DNA of 64,000 nucleotides, from contig DAOTTC010000057.1 in NCBI GenBank assembly GCA_034437815.1, positions 24,225 to 88,224 of the forward strand, read 5' to 3'. Both the position numbers and the translations under genes were made by a program. The stretch is from Chloroflexia bacterium (GTDB lineage: Bacteria > Chloroflexota > Chloroflexia > QHBQ01 > JADMIH01). Shown in pieces: positions 1-9,956 of this stretch; the first letter of the stretch is position 1; each line of letters starts with the position of its first letter. Under the pieces are notes generated by a model. It was given only the letters and a program-made list of their open reading frames with translations, was not told where the DNA came from and made no database searches.

Positions 1-356
1 ATCTGCACCTGCTGGGCGAGGTGGGGTTGGTAGGGTTGACGTTCTATGTGGCTATGCTGGTGACGGCGGTGGTGGTGGGGGTGCGGGCTTTGCGTGCGGT
101 GCGCCTGCGGGGCGACATTTACGGGGAAGCGGTGGTCACGGGGGCGCTGGGGGTGCTGGTGACCTTCATGACGCATAATTTCTTCGAGAATCTGCATGCC
201 CTGAACATGGGCATTCACTGGGGGGCGGCGCTGGCGCTGTTCACGCTGGTGGGCAAGGGGTTTGAGGGGCGGGACCCGGTCCGGCCTGCGCAGTTGCATA
301 AAGGGTGGGGCTTGGGAAGGTCGGGCACTGCACACCCCGCACGCCACGTGCTTTGA
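1..356 (+). CDS. O-antigen ligase (Wzy_C)-like membrane protein, C-terminal fragment; 5' end lies outside the window
   Basis: The frame is open from the window edge (codons from nt 3) to TGA 354-356. Hydrophobic helices LVGLTFYVAMLVTAVVVG, VVTGALGVLVTFMTHNFFENL and HWGAALALFTLV resemble the last TM segments of O-antigen-ligase-like proteins. The call rests on resemblance only. Confidence 0.5.
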   Translation, partial: LHLLGEVGLVGLTFYVAMLVTAVVVGVRALRAVRLRGDIYGEAVVTGALGVLVTFMTHNFFENLHALNMGIHWGAALALFTLVGKGFEGRDPVRPAQLHKGWGLGRSGTAHPARHVL

Positions 357-363
357 GGTAGGG

Positions 364-2331
364 CTAGTCCCTCAACCGGTGGAGGGAATAATCACCCACG
401 CGATAGAGTGCAGGCCCGAAGTATCGCTCTCTGAAGCGGCGGGCCGGCTCGGCAAAGGGGTCCACGCCGGGGGCTTGGCCGGGGGCAAGCACTTGGCGCT
501 CGTGCACCAGCACATGGGTGATGCCCAGTTCGTCCAGTCTGGCCTTCCACCTCTGCGGATCTGTGCCGAAGCCCGTGTAAAGGGGCACTAGGCGCGCGTA
601 CACGTAGCGGCGTGGGATGTAATACCCTCTGGGTTGGCCGTCCCACACGTAAATGACCGCGTCTGGGGGGGTGTTGGATTGTATGTACTTCATCATCGGG
701 TAGTCTTCCATGTAAGTTGACAGATATCGCTCTTCGGCGGTTCTGTGGGTCGCCAGCACGGTGGGCAGGTAGGGTCGAGCGCTGAGGGCCGCCTCGATTG
801 CCGGCACGGTCAAGCCGAGGGCCACCACACCGCCCAGCACCCACCGCGCCAGCCTGTAGTGGGTTGCCGGCCACAGCAGGGCATAGGCCACCATCACCGC
901 CGACAGCAGAAAAAAGGTGGACAAGTAGCGTATGCTGGTGCGCGAGAAGAAGAAGGCCCACATCAACCAGTAGGCCGCGGCGGCATATGCCACCCAGCCC
1001 AGAGCAGGCCTCCACCTCGCCAGCGGCAGAGCCAGCAGTCCGAGGATGAGCAGGGGCCCGAGGTTCACTGCGTGCACTTGCCCGTCAATATGCAGAGGCG
1101 GGCGTGTCATGGCCGCCCACAGGAACTGGAGGCCAGTCCATATGTTGTCCGGGCGCAGACCGGGGGCGCGGCCCAGAAGCTCTTCCGGTGATGCTTGCGG
1201 GGACCAGTAGGCCCCGTCCAACAGCGCCCCGGCCAGCGGCCACACGGGGTTGCCCGCCGACAGGTAGTTGCGCACCAGCCACGGCGCGGCAAGCCCCACA
1301 AAAGGCACCCAGAACCACCACAGATGTGACACGTTCAGCCCATCGCCCGCACGGCCTGCGGCCTGCGCCGTGTGTGGTCGCGGCCTCTCGCGGCGCAACC
1401 GTTGCCACACAAGCACGGCGGCCAACGCCAGCCCCATTGCCAGCCCCACCGCGAACCCGTAATATTTGACCGAGAACGACAGCCCAGCGCACAGGCCGGA
1501 GAGGGCCAGCAACCGGTGTGCGTGACGCGCCGAGACGAAAAAGGCGCAGAAGGCGTACACCGCTAACATGTCGAAGCTGGCCTGAGCCAGATCGGTGTTG
1601 GCCGCACGTAGCACGTACCTCACCAGCGGCACAGTGAGAAAGAGCGCGGGCACCAACAGGGGCAGAGCACGCCACAAACCCACGCCCCCACCGCCCAAAT
1701 AGCGCTTCGCGAACAGACCCCCCGCTACAGGACCGAGCAGGCCTATGCTGAAGGCGAACAGCACCGACAGCCGGTCACTGCCCAGCAGTAATCCCCACGT
1801 ATACAGCATCTCCATCAACTGGGGGAACAGGCTATAGGTGCTGTCGGGGAAGAAGCGCACTGCGTGGTACTCGACATATAGGCGGGGCAGGGCGAGGTGA
1901 TACATCAGGTCGTCCTGCGTGGCTACCGGCACCAGCGCTTTGGTCAGCGCTGAGCCTGTGGCCAGCAAGATGAGCGCCGCGAGGAACAGGTTGGGAGGGT
2001 AGCGCACCGCACGCAAAGCCCTGAGCGTACACACCCGAATCGAGCGAAGTTCGGCGACCAGTGGGCGGTATGACAGCACGACGAGCACCGCAAGCACTAT
2101 CAGGCCCACAGGCAGATATATCAGGCCCAGCAAGCCCATCCCCAGCATGCAGAAAGCGAGCACCCCGTACCCCAGACCCAGACCAAACACTAAACGCTCG
2201 CCTACGCTCAGCATGGGGGCGATTCGTGCCCGGTTCAGTGCATGCAAGCCGGTGCCCAAAGCTATTGCGCTCAGGCCAGTGAGCATCACTATCTCAATAG
2301 CATGAGCGAAGAGCGGCGGTAAATCGAACAT
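364..2331 (-). CDS. Polytopic membrane protein, probable GT-C-fold glycosyltransferase (ArnT/PMT_2-like)
   Basis: The track ORF is 364..2475. I place the start at ATG 2331 (MFDLPPLF) because the codons upstream are occupied by intergenic element copy A and a TATAAT at 2344-2349. The protein has more than 12 hydrophobic helices, an acidic first loop (TQDDLMYH) and a soluble C-terminal domain. The stop is TAG. Confidence 0.6.
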   Translation of the reverse strand: MFDLPPLFAHAIEIVMLTGLSAIALGTGLHALNRARIAPMLSVGERLVFGLGLGYGVLAFCMLGMGLLGLIYLPVGLIVLAVLVVLSYRPLVAELRSIRVCTLRALRAVRYPPNLFLAALILLATGSALTKALVPVATQDDLMYHLALPRLYVEYHAVRFFPDSTYSLFPQLMEMLYTWGLLLGSDRLSVLFAFSIGLLGPVAGGLFAKRYLGGGGVGLWRALPLLVPALFLTVPLVRYVLRAANTDLAQASFDMLAVYAFCAFFVSARHAHRLLALSGLCAGLSFSVKYYGFAVGLAMGLALAAVLVWQRLRRERPRPHTAQAAGRAGDGLNVSHLWWFWVPFVGLAAPWLVRNYLSAGNPVWPLAGALLDGAYWSPQASPEELLGRAPGLRPDNIWTGLQFLWAAMTRPPLHIDGQVHAVNLGPLLILGLLALPLARWRPALGWVAYAAAAYWLMWAFFFSRTSIRYLSTFFLLSAVMVAYALLWPATHYRLARWVLGGVVALGLTVPAIEAALSARPYLPTVLATHRTAEERYLSTYMEDYPMMKYIQSNTPPDAVIYVWDGQPRGYYIPRRYVYARLVPLYTGFGTDPQRWKARLDELGITHVLVHERQVLAPGQAPGVDPFAEPARRFRERYFGPALYRVGDYSLHRLRD

Positions 2332-2343
2332 CTTGCCCTGCTC

Positions 2344-2370
2344 ATTATAGCCTATTGCATGCCCATGCAG
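2344..2370 (-). promoter_or_regulatory. Candidate promoter formed at the end of IGE-1 copy A
   Basis: On the minus strand, CTGCAT (2370-2365) is followed by a 15-nt spacer and TATAAT (2349-2344). ATG 2331 lies only 12 nt downstream. This implies a leaderless or near-leaderless mRNA if ATG 2331 is the true start. Confidence 0.3.
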
Positions 2371-2440
2371 GATGTTGGGGAAAGGCGGAAGGGCCGGGGT
2401 GGGCTGTGCCCACCCCACACCCGCCATGTGTTGCACACAG
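2344..2440 (-). repeat. Intergenic element family 1 (IGE-1), copy A
   Basis: Minus-strand modules in order: GTGTGCAA arm (2431-2438), hairpin GGGGTGGGC-TGT-GCCCACCCC (2396-2416), CCCTTCC tract, then CCCCAACATCCTGCATGGGCATGCA. TGCAT-N4-ATGCA lies at 2356-2369. TAGGCTATAAT follows, with TATAAT at 2344-2349. Confidence 0.75.
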
Positions 2441-3000
2441 AGGTCAGCCGATGGCTGATAGTACTTACGTACCAAATCGGGGCACGAACCATGCTCAATT
2501 GTGGTTCAGATGGTGTACTCTATGGGAGTATGGTAGCATAGATGCAGGAGAATGGCCCACGAGGCAGGGACAGCCAACCCGTGGGCATGCATGGCTTCGC
2601 ACATCAGGAGGAGGGCCGGTGGGGAAGTTGTCACGCGCCCTAATCACCTTTACTTCCACCTTCACACCTTCACCGTTACCATCGCCATCGCTCATTATGT
2701 TTGCTGATCGGCCACGACTTCAAACCGGACATGACGGATAGACGGCCACAAATTCCCCTTGGTCGGGCACGGCGAGCGCCACGTAGCCGCCGCTTGTGCT
2801 CCCGCGCCTCCTATACACCCCCACGCTTATGGCGGTGCCATCGCCGCTCGCTGCGTGTTTCGCCTTCGGACAGGGGGCGCGGGCTTTGGCCGGGGCAGGA
2901 GCAGGATGGCGAGCGGCCCGTCAGGGCACGCGTGTCTGCCGGCAGAGCGCATGCACGTGTGGCAGTGGCGTCGCAGTCACAGGCTACGGTGCCCGTAGCA

Positions 3001-6000
3001 ATGCGGGTTGCGGGCAACACCACCCGCATTGCGCGCGTTTCGCGCCCCAAGGCACCGTCCGCGAAGCAAAACCGGCGCAAACCGCTGTTCATACTCACCA
3101 CGGCCAGAAGGCGCAGGGCGCTTGGAAGCGCGCCACGGGGCGGGTATTACTCGACCTACAGCAGGCGCAGGCCGCGCCACCTGCCCACGCCCCTCGCATG
3201 GCTCGTTGGCATCCTCGGTGCCTTCTCTGCCTTGTCTGTGGTCCTGCTGCTGGTGTTGGGTGGGGTGTTGTGGGCGGCTTACGAATACTTCGCAAAAGAC
3301 CTGCCGCCCGTGGACGACATCCCATCGGTGGAGTTCCAGAGCACCCGCATCTACGACCGCTACGGCAACCTGCTGTATGAGATGTTCGATTCCAACATCG
3401 GTCGCCGCCTGTACGTGCCCATCGAAGACATCCCCGAATCGCTCATACTGGCTACGATAGCGGTCGAAGACAAGTCATTCGAGGAGAACCCGGGCGTGGA
3501 CCCACAGGGCATACTGCGTGCCCTGTACATCAACCTGACCAATCAGGGCACTTCCGGCGGCTCGACCATCACCCAGCAGTTAGTACGACGCATGCTGTTA
3601 CCCGAAAAGGATGAGCGCACCCTGACCCGCAAGATACGCGAGGCTATTCTGGCAATGCGCGTCACCCAGAAATACCCCAAGGAAAAGATACTTGAGTTGT
3701 ACCTGAACGAAATCTACTACGGCTCAATGGCCTATGGCGTGGCCGCCGCCGCGGATACGTACTGGGGCAAACAGGTGAAAGACCTCACTCTGGCAGAGGC
3801 GGCCATGCTTGCCGGTCTGCCGCAGGCTCCGGGTGAGTACGACCCCAATCGCAACTTCGACCTCGCCAAAGCCCGGCAACAGATCGTGCTCGACCTGATG
3901 GTCAAGAACGGATTCATCACCGAAGAAGAGGCCAGAGCCGCCTACGCCGAGGACGTGCGCCCCAAGCCGCGCCCGGCACACGTGCCGCGCAGTGCGCCTC
4001 ACTTCGTGCAGTACGTACAGCAGGTGCTCGAAGAAAAGTACGGCCCGGAGATGGCGAACCGGGGCGGCCTCAAAGTGTTCACCACCATAGACCTGCAATG
4101 GCAGGCTGAAGCCCAGCGCATCGTCACCGAGCAGGTAGAAAACCTCAAAAAGCAGCACGCCTCCAATGCCGGGTTGGTGGCTATCAACGCCCGTACCGGC
4201 GAGATACTGGCCATGGTCGGCTCGGTGGACTACACCGACCCGGTGTTCGGCGAGGTCAACGTCACCACCGCCCTACGCCAACCCGGCTCGTCGTTCAAGC
4301 CCATCACCTACGCAACGGCGTTTCAGCGCGGGGACTTCAACCCCACCACCATCATACTGGACGCGCCAGTCAAATATGGGGGCGCGGGCCTGCTGCCCTA
4401 CATACCGCGCAATTACGATGGGCGCTTCCACGGCCCGGTGACTATCCGCGCGGCCCTCGCCAACTCGTTCAACATCCCCGCCGTAGAGGTGATGAATCAG
4501 GTAGGCGTGGCCGCAGTCATTGAGACGGCCAGCCGAATGGGCATCACCACTCTGACGGACCCTGAGCGATACGGCCTGTCGCTTACCCTAGGCGGCGGCG
4601 AAGTCACCCTGCTGGAGATGACCGAGGCCTATGCCACCCTCGCCAACTACGGCTACCATGCACCCGCCACACCCTTCCTGAAAATAGTTGGCCCCGACGG
4701 CAGCGTGTTGTACGAACTGAACCGCAAACACCCCGAAGGCGCACAGGCGCTGGACCGGGGCGTGGCTTATCAGATAAGCCAGATACTGTCGGACAACGAT
4801 GCCCGCACCCCGGTGTTCGGGCCGAATTCTCCCCTGAAAATTGACGGCATAGTGGCGGCGGCCAAGACCGGCACCACCAACGACTGGAAGGACTCGTGGA
4901 CTATGGGCTACACCCCCGCGCTGGCGGTGGGCGTGTGGGTGGGCAACAACGACGGCAAGCCTATGGCCCGCGTGGCCGGGGCCATCGGGGCCGCCCCCAT
5001 CTGGCACAACTTCATCAAGAAGGTGTACAGCGAGCCTGAGATGAAGGCCCTGCTGCTCAAACCCGGCGAGCAGCAACTACCTGAGAGGTTCATCCCACCG
5101 GCGGGCATGGTGGGCATACAGGTGTGCGCCGTATCGGGTATGCTGCCGGGCGATGCCTGCACCCACCTCAGGCATGAATGGTTCACCTTAGAGAACGCCC
5201 CCAAAGAGACCTGCACTTGGCACAGGTGGGTAGAGGTTACGCTGCACGACGGTGGGGCCAGCGTGCCCGGCCCCAACGTGCCAAAGAGCAACATCATCGA
5301 GCGCATATACACATTTCCCCCTCCGCACCTCAAGGGGTGGATAGGCGGCGGCCCCCCCTCCAAAGTATACAACGGCGACGCCGGGACCTCGGGTGGATCG
5401 GGCGCACAGCCCGCGCCCCTGCCCCCATCCCCGCAGGAGGAACCCCCGCCTGTATCCGATCACATCACCCCCGTACCCGGCATAGAAGGCCTGCAAAGGC
5501 CCCGGCCCGTGGGCTTGCAACAACCCGAAAATCCCCAACCCATACCGGGCCTGCAACTGGCGATCCTATCCCCCGAACCGGGGCAGGTGGTGAGCGGTCT
5601 GGTGATGGTGCTGGGTCAGGCATATGCCGCCAACTTCGCCCGCTATCGTCTGGAGTACGGCTTTGGCGATGGCAGTGTGGGCAGCACCACCATCGTCGAT
5701 TCGAACCTTCCCCCGGTCGGTGGGGTGCTGGGGTACTGGGAAACCGGCGGCCTCCAACCCGGCCCGTACACTTTGCGCCTCGTGCTGGAAACCCTGTCGG
5801 GCGAGGTGGTGCGCACGGAAGTGCGGATCAGGGTGGGGTCTGGCCCTCCGTTGGCAACCATACTGTCGCCAGCAGATGGCTCTCCCGTGTATAACGGAGA
5901 GGCAGTTGAAATAGTGGTGTCTGCCGATGGGGGTGGTGCGCCCGTGGCCGGGGTGGAGATATACGTGGACGGCAAGCGCATCTCTTCGCTGTTGTCCCCG

Positions 6001-6756
6001 CCTTGGGCCACCCGCTGGGCCGTGATCACCGGCACGCATGAGATAAGCGCTATCGTGTATACGGGCACGGGCGAGCAAGCGCACTCACCGCCGGTGCGGG
6101 TGTTCTCGGCAGGCCCGCGCCCCACACCCACGCCCACCCGCGCGCCCATCATGTGGATAAGCAATCTCACCGAATACGAGGAGATACCGGCCGGGGTCAA
6201 CGAGGTATGGGTGGACGTGGCCCCCGGCTCGCAGGTACACCACGTAGACATATACATTGACGGCTACCCAGCCGGTTTCGCCACCGGGCCGGGCTTCCGT
6301 GTGCACCCCCTGTGGACGCCCACGCCCAGCCCTGTGCCCACCGGCGAGCCAACTGCTACACTGGCACCCGAAGCGGCGGCCACGGCCACACAGGTGCAGG
6401 CTACTGCCAACGCGCAGGCCACGAAGACAGCCGGAGCGCGGGCTACGCGCACGGCGCGCGCTATAGCCACCATTAAGGCTCAGCAGGCCAGCGCATCGGC
6501 TACTGCCGCCAGTCAGGCTGCCACGGCCACCACGCTGGCGGCCACGGCCTCGCCCACTCCCCTACCCCCCACCAACACGCCGATGCCCTCGCCCACACCC
6601 ACCTTCGTGCGCTATCATAAAGTGCTCGACCCCATGCTGGGCGACTTCGTGGCCCGATGCCAGTTCCCGCGTGGACGCCACCGCGTGACTGCTATCGGCT
6701 ACGACCAACACAACCGCGAGATAACGCGGGACGACGTGTGGGTCGTTGTCCGATAA
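3001..6756 (+). CDS. Class A penicillin-binding protein (glycosyltransferase GT51 + transpeptidase) with a long C-terminal Ig-like / Pro-Thr-rich extension
   Basis: GT51 motifs present: EDKSFEENPGVD, GGSTITQQLVR, RKIREAILAMR, YLNEIYYG. Transpeptidase motifs present: SSFKP (SxxK), SFN (SxN), KTGTT (KTG). One TM helix (LAWLVGILGAFSALSVVLLLVLGGVLWAAY). The track ORF starts at TTG 2701. I prefer ATG 3001 (MRVAGNTT), but the start is uncertain. Confidence 0.9.
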   Translation: MRVAGNTTRIARVSRPKAPSAKQNRRKPLFILTTARRRRALGSAPRGGYYSTYSRRRPRHLPTPLAWLVGILGAFSALSVVLLLVLGGVLWAAYEYFAKDLPPVDDIPSVEFQSTRIYDRYGNLLYEMFDSNIGRRLYVPIEDIPESLILATIAVEDKSFEENPGVDPQGILRALYINLTNQGTSGGSTITQQLVRRMLLPEKDERTLTRKIREAILAMRVTQKYPKEKILELYLNEIYYGSMAYGVAAAADTYWGKQVKDLTLAEAAMLAGLPQAPGEYDPNRNFDLAKARQQIVLDLMVKNGFITEEEARAAYAEDVRPKPRPAHVPRSAPHFVQYVQQVLEEKYGPEMANRGGLKVFTTIDLQWQAEAQRIVTEQVENLKKQHASNAGLVAINARTGEILAMVGSVDYTDPVFGEVNVTTALRQPGSSFKPITYATAFQRGDFNPTTIILDAPVKYGGAGLLPYIPRNYDGRFHGPVTIRAALANSFNIPAVEVMNQVGVAAVIETASRMGITTLTDPERYGLSLTLGGGEVTLLEMTEAYATLANYGYHAPATPFLKIVGPDGSVLYELNRKHPEGAQALDRGVAYQISQILSDNDARTPVFGPNSPLKIDGIVAAAKTGTTNDWKDSWTMGYTPALAVGVWVGNNDGKPMARVAGAIGAAPIWHNFIKKVYSEPEMKALLLKPGEQQLPERFIPPAGMVGIQVCAVSGMLPGDACTHLRHEWFTLENAPKETCTWHRWVEVTLHDGGASVPGPNVPKSNIIERIYTFPPPHLKGWIGGGPPSKVYNGDAGTSGGSGAQPAPLPPSPQEEPPPVSDHITPVPGIEGLQRPRPVGLQQPENPQPIPGLQLAILSPEPGQVVSGLVMVLGQAYAANFARYRLEYGFGDGSVGSTTIVDSNLPPVGGVLGYWETGGLQPGPYTLRLVLETLSGEVVRTEVRIRVGSGPPLATILSPADGSPVYNGEAVEIVVSADGGGAPVAGVEIYVDGKRISSLLSPPWATRWAVITGTHEISAIVYTGTGEQAHSPPVRVFSAGPRPTPTPTRAPIMWISNLTEYEEIPAGVNEVWVDVAPGSQVHHVDIYIDGYPAGFATGPGFRVHPLWTPTPSPVPTGEPTATLAPEAAATATQVQATANAQATKTAGARATRTARAIATIKAQQASASATAASQAATATTLAATASPTPLPPTNTPMPSPTPTFVRYHKVLDPMLGDFVARCQFPRGRHRVTAIGYDQHNREITRDDVWVVVR

Positions 6757-6762
6757 ATATGC

Positions 6763-8712
6763 CTACCACCGCACCCGCACGTCGCCTACGCGCCGGGTGA
6801 GCTTCTGCTCGTCCAGATGCTCCAGAAATGGGATGGCATATTTGCGCGTGGTGCCGAACAAATCCCGCATTGTGGCTACGTTGATCTCGCCCCGCTCGTC
6901 TATCACCCTGAGTATGCCCTCGCGCAGTTGCTCGTATGCGCTGCGGCTGTAGTACAGCCCATCGCCCACCTTGACCAGTTCGCCAGAATCGACCAGAGCC
7001 GCCACGATCTCCGCATCTACGCCCAGTTCGGCGGGTGAGGGCGGTGAATAGGGGTTTGCGGACAGAGCGCGGCGCAGTCGCTCCACTTGCTCACGCTGAG
7101 CGCTTGTGAAGCTCACATGGTGGTCGGGCAGGCGGTAGGTTGTGGCATCCTCGGCTATGAGGCCCCGACCAACCCCAAGCGCCATCACAGCGGCAAACGC
7201 CTTTGCCGATGGGACGGCTTGCCCCAGACGGCTGCGCAATTCTTCTTTGCTCATGCCCCGCCGCAGGGGGTGCTGGCGGTGGTAGTGTGCGAGCAGGGTC
7301 TGCACGCGCTGCATCAGGTCTTCCCATGCGTCGGTAGACATCACGAGCGCGGAAGACCGGGGGTCGAGCGGCTCGCCCTCGACGCTGTCGGGGCCTGTGG
7401 GCGGGTGGTCTTCGGCTCTGGCCGGGGTGTGATTAGGCCTGCCCAGCAGTATGACTTCGTCCCCGGCTATGAGGTCCGCAAGGGCTTGCGTGGCCTGAGC
7501 GGGGTCCAGACCGGCTTTCTCTACAATCTGCCGCACTTCCAGCACGGACCTGCCGAGGGCTTCCATAACTAGGTCTTGAGGGGTGCCCTGCTGGAGACGC
7601 CGTAGGGTCTGCAAGGTTGGGTCATGGAAGCGCTTGTGGCGGCGTGGGTGGGCATCTACTATCTGGCCGCCCCCTATTGTAAGGCTCGGCGAGGGGCGGC
7701 GCACGATATACCGGTCGCCTTTGACCACTGCCACCGGCTGGCTCAGGCGCAACTGGGCCCATGCCGTGCCACCCGGCTCAAGGCGGTCGGTATCGAGCAG
7801 GGTTATGCGGGCCTGCGTCTCGGCTGAGCCGGTGAAGAAGTCCAGCAGATCGTTTTGCTCTATGACCACCGGCGAGTGGGGGAGCAGGCTCAGATAGACG
7901 TCCACGCGCCCGGTCGGCTCCAGCCAGCCGGGTGTTGTGAGCACCATGCCGCGCTCAAGCTGGTCCACTTCCACGCCCGCCAGATTGACCGCCACGCGGT
8001 TGCCGGGGCCTATGGCCTCCACCTTATGTTTGTGGCTCTGCAAGCCGCGTATGCGGCTCTTCAGGCCGATCGGCACAACCACCACTTCCTGCCCGACGCG
8101 CAGGCTGCCGTCAATAAGGGTGCCGGTGACTATGGTGCCGAAGCCCTGTATGGTGAAGGCGCGGTCAATTGGCAGGCGCGGTCGGCCTTTATCGGGGCGG
8201 GGCTGTGCCTGAGCGAGCAGGTGGTCTATTTGTGCGAGCAACTCGTCCAAGCCTTGCCCGGTGCGGGCCGACACCGGTACGATAGGCGCACCCTGCAAGC
8301 TCGTGCCGCTCAGCCGCTCCTGCACCTCCTCTTTGACCAACTCTAGCCACTCGTCGTCAACCAGATCGCGCTTGGTGATGACCACGATGCCCCTGTCCAC
8401 GTTCAGCAAGTGCAGGATGTCCAGATGCTCAGCGGTCTGGGGCATGGGGCCTTCGTCGGCGGCGATGACCAACAGGGCCGCGTCCAAACCGCCCACCCCT
8501 GCCAGCATATTCTTAATAAACCGCTCGTGGCCGGGCACATCTACCACCGACACTTCCCTGCCTGAAGGCAGGGTGAGCCACGCGAAGCCCAGATCAATGG
8601 TCATCTGGCGTGCTTTCTCCTCTTGCAGCCGGTCCGGGTCTATGCCCGTGAGGGCCTTTACGAGTGTAGATTTGCCGTGGTCCACGTGCCCGGCGGTGCC
8701 GATTACATACAT
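6763..8712 (-). CDS. selB: Selenocysteine-specific translation elongation factor SelB
   Basis: GTPase motifs GHVDHGKST (G1), DVPGHERF (G3) and TKRD (G4). These are followed by EF-Tu-like beta-barrel domains and a long C-terminal winged-helix region ending FGTTRKYAIPFLEHLDEQKLTRRVGDVRV, typical of the SelB SECIS-binding end. Length is 649 aa. Confidence 0.88.
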   Translation of the reverse strand: MYVIGTAGHVDHGKSTLVKALTGIDPDRLQEEKARQMTIDLGFAWLTLPSGREVSVVDVPGHERFIKNMLAGVGGLDAALLVIAADEGPMPQTAEHLDILHLLNVDRGIVVITKRDLVDDEWLELVKEEVQERLSGTSLQGAPIVPVSARTGQGLDELLAQIDHLLAQAQPRPDKGRPRLPIDRAFTIQGFGTIVTGTLIDGSLRVGQEVVVVPIGLKSRIRGLQSHKHKVEAIGPGNRVAVNLAGVEVDQLERGMVLTTPGWLEPTGRVDVYLSLLPHSPVVIEQNDLLDFFTGSAETQARITLLDTDRLEPGGTAWAQLRLSQPVAVVKGDRYIVRRPSPSLTIGGGQIVDAHPRRHKRFHDPTLQTLRRLQQGTPQDLVMEALGRSVLEVRQIVEKAGLDPAQATQALADLIAGDEVILLGRPNHTPARAEDHPPTGPDSVEGEPLDPRSSALVMSTDAWEDLMQRVQTLLAHYHRQHPLRRGMSKEELRSRLGQAVPSAKAFAAVMALGVGRGLIAEDATTYRLPDHHVSFTSAQREQVERLRRALSANPYSPPSPAELGVDAEIVAALVDSGELVKVGDGLYYSRSAYEQLREGILRVIDERGEINVATMRDLFGTTRKYAIPFLEHLDEQKLTRRVGDVRVRW

Positions 8713-8754
8713 AGTGGCTCAGCGTTCCTCAGGTCTATATTGGCGGGTGGCGAC

Positions 8755-9900
8755 TCAGCTTTTGTGGTTGTGCTGCGGCTGTAGCTCCGGCTCGGGTTGT
8801 GCGGAGGCCTGTATAGGGCGCACCTCGGCCAGCGATAGGTTCTGCGTCCAGAAGGCTATCAACCCGGCCACCAGCGTGGTCACAAGCTGGCCCACGTGAA
8901 AGATAAGCGCAAACGCCACGGCCAGCTCTTTGTCCACCCCGTAGAAAGCCAGCACTGTCAGACACAGCGCTTCATAAGTGCCCACGTTGCCGGGCAGGGC
9001 AGGGATCAACAGGCCAAGGTTGACCACCGAAGTCATGAACAGCAACCCCACAGGACTAACCAAACCGGTAGGGAAGGGGGTGCCGAACGAGGTCAGCGCC
9101 GCCCAGAACATGGCCACCACCACCAGCCATACCATCACCGAGATAGTGGCCGCACTGACAAGGGGACCGGGGCTTCTGAACACATGCATGCCGCCTGCGA
9201 AAGTGTGCACCAGCCGTATGGCTATCATGCCCAATTTGTCGGGTATGGGCAGCAGGCTCACCAACTTCTCCACCAGCGTGGCTATCCGGCGGTTGTGGGT
9301 GTAGAACAGGGCCAGCGCCAGTGTCAGGGCAACCAGCCCGATCCCGGCCGCCCACGCCAGTGGTTCTGGGGCGAACTCGGCACGAGCGATTCCGATGGTC
9401 GGGGTGGTAGAAGGCAACAGCATCAGGCTGAGCAGCAGCATCAATAGCAAGGCCAGCCCGTCGAAGGTTTTTTCCAAGACCACCGTAGCGAGCACGGTGG
9501 TCTTACGCAGGCCGGTGCTGCGGCTCAGCAGGTACGCCCGCACCAGATCGCCTGCCCGCGCAGGCAGGAAGGCATTGAAGAAGTACCCGGTCATCATCTT
9601 GGCGTACAGGCTGAGGGGGTTCTCATACCGACGGAGGTCACGGCCCACCCCCACCCCGGCAACTTCGCCGAGGCTTGGCCTGTTGCCGGGTCCCGGCACG
9701 TGCAGCGGGTCGAGTAAGTGCTGCCAGCGCAACGCCATCAAGAAATATGCGGCGAGCATCAACAGCATAGAGAAGCCGAACATCGGCATGTCCACATCTT
9801 TGAGATGCGCCCACACCTCGCCCCACTGCACTCCCCTCAGCACGAAGTACAAGCATATGCCGCTCACTATCAGGCCTAGAATGATGCGACGTAGGTTCAT
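8755..9900 (-). CDS. UPF0104 / LPG_synthase_TM 'flippase-like' integral membrane protein
   Basis: About 8 hydrophobic helices. The N-terminus LRRIILGLIVSGICLYFVLRGVQWGEVW is typical of this family. Start moved to ATG 9900 (MNLRR); the track ORF extends to 9960. Confidence 0.65.
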   Translation of the reverse strand: MNLRRIILGLIVSGICLYFVLRGVQWGEVWAHLKDVDMPMFGFSMLLMLAAYFLMALRWQHLLDPLHVPGPGNRPSLGEVAGVGVGRDLRRYENPLSLYAKMMTGYFFNAFLPARAGDLVRAYLLSRSTGLRKTTVLATVVLEKTFDGLALLLMLLLSLMLLPSTTPTIGIARAEFAPEPLAWAAGIGLVALTLALALFYTHNRRIATLVEKLVSLLPIPDKLGMIAIRLVHTFAGGMHVFRSPGPLVSAATISVMVWLVVVAMFWAALTSFGTPFPTGLVSPVGLLFMTSVVNLGLLIPALPGNVGTYEALCLTVLAFYGVDKELAVAFALIFHVGQLVTTLVAGLIAFWTQNLSLAEVRPIQASAQPEPELQPQHNHKS

Positions 9901-9956
9901 GTTGCGCCATGAAGCATGATGTGTAAGATGTAATACAGGGTGCCGCCTATCAAGCC

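Noticed and set aside
2332-2475. N-terminal extensions offered by the ORF track; other examples end at 2701-3000, 9901-9960, 12117-12185, 20314-20376, 30371-30442, 56339-56419
   Set aside because: The extensions run through intergenic repeats or promoter-like sequence and lack SD sequences. Internal starts coincide with SD motifs and with the conserved N-termini of the families.
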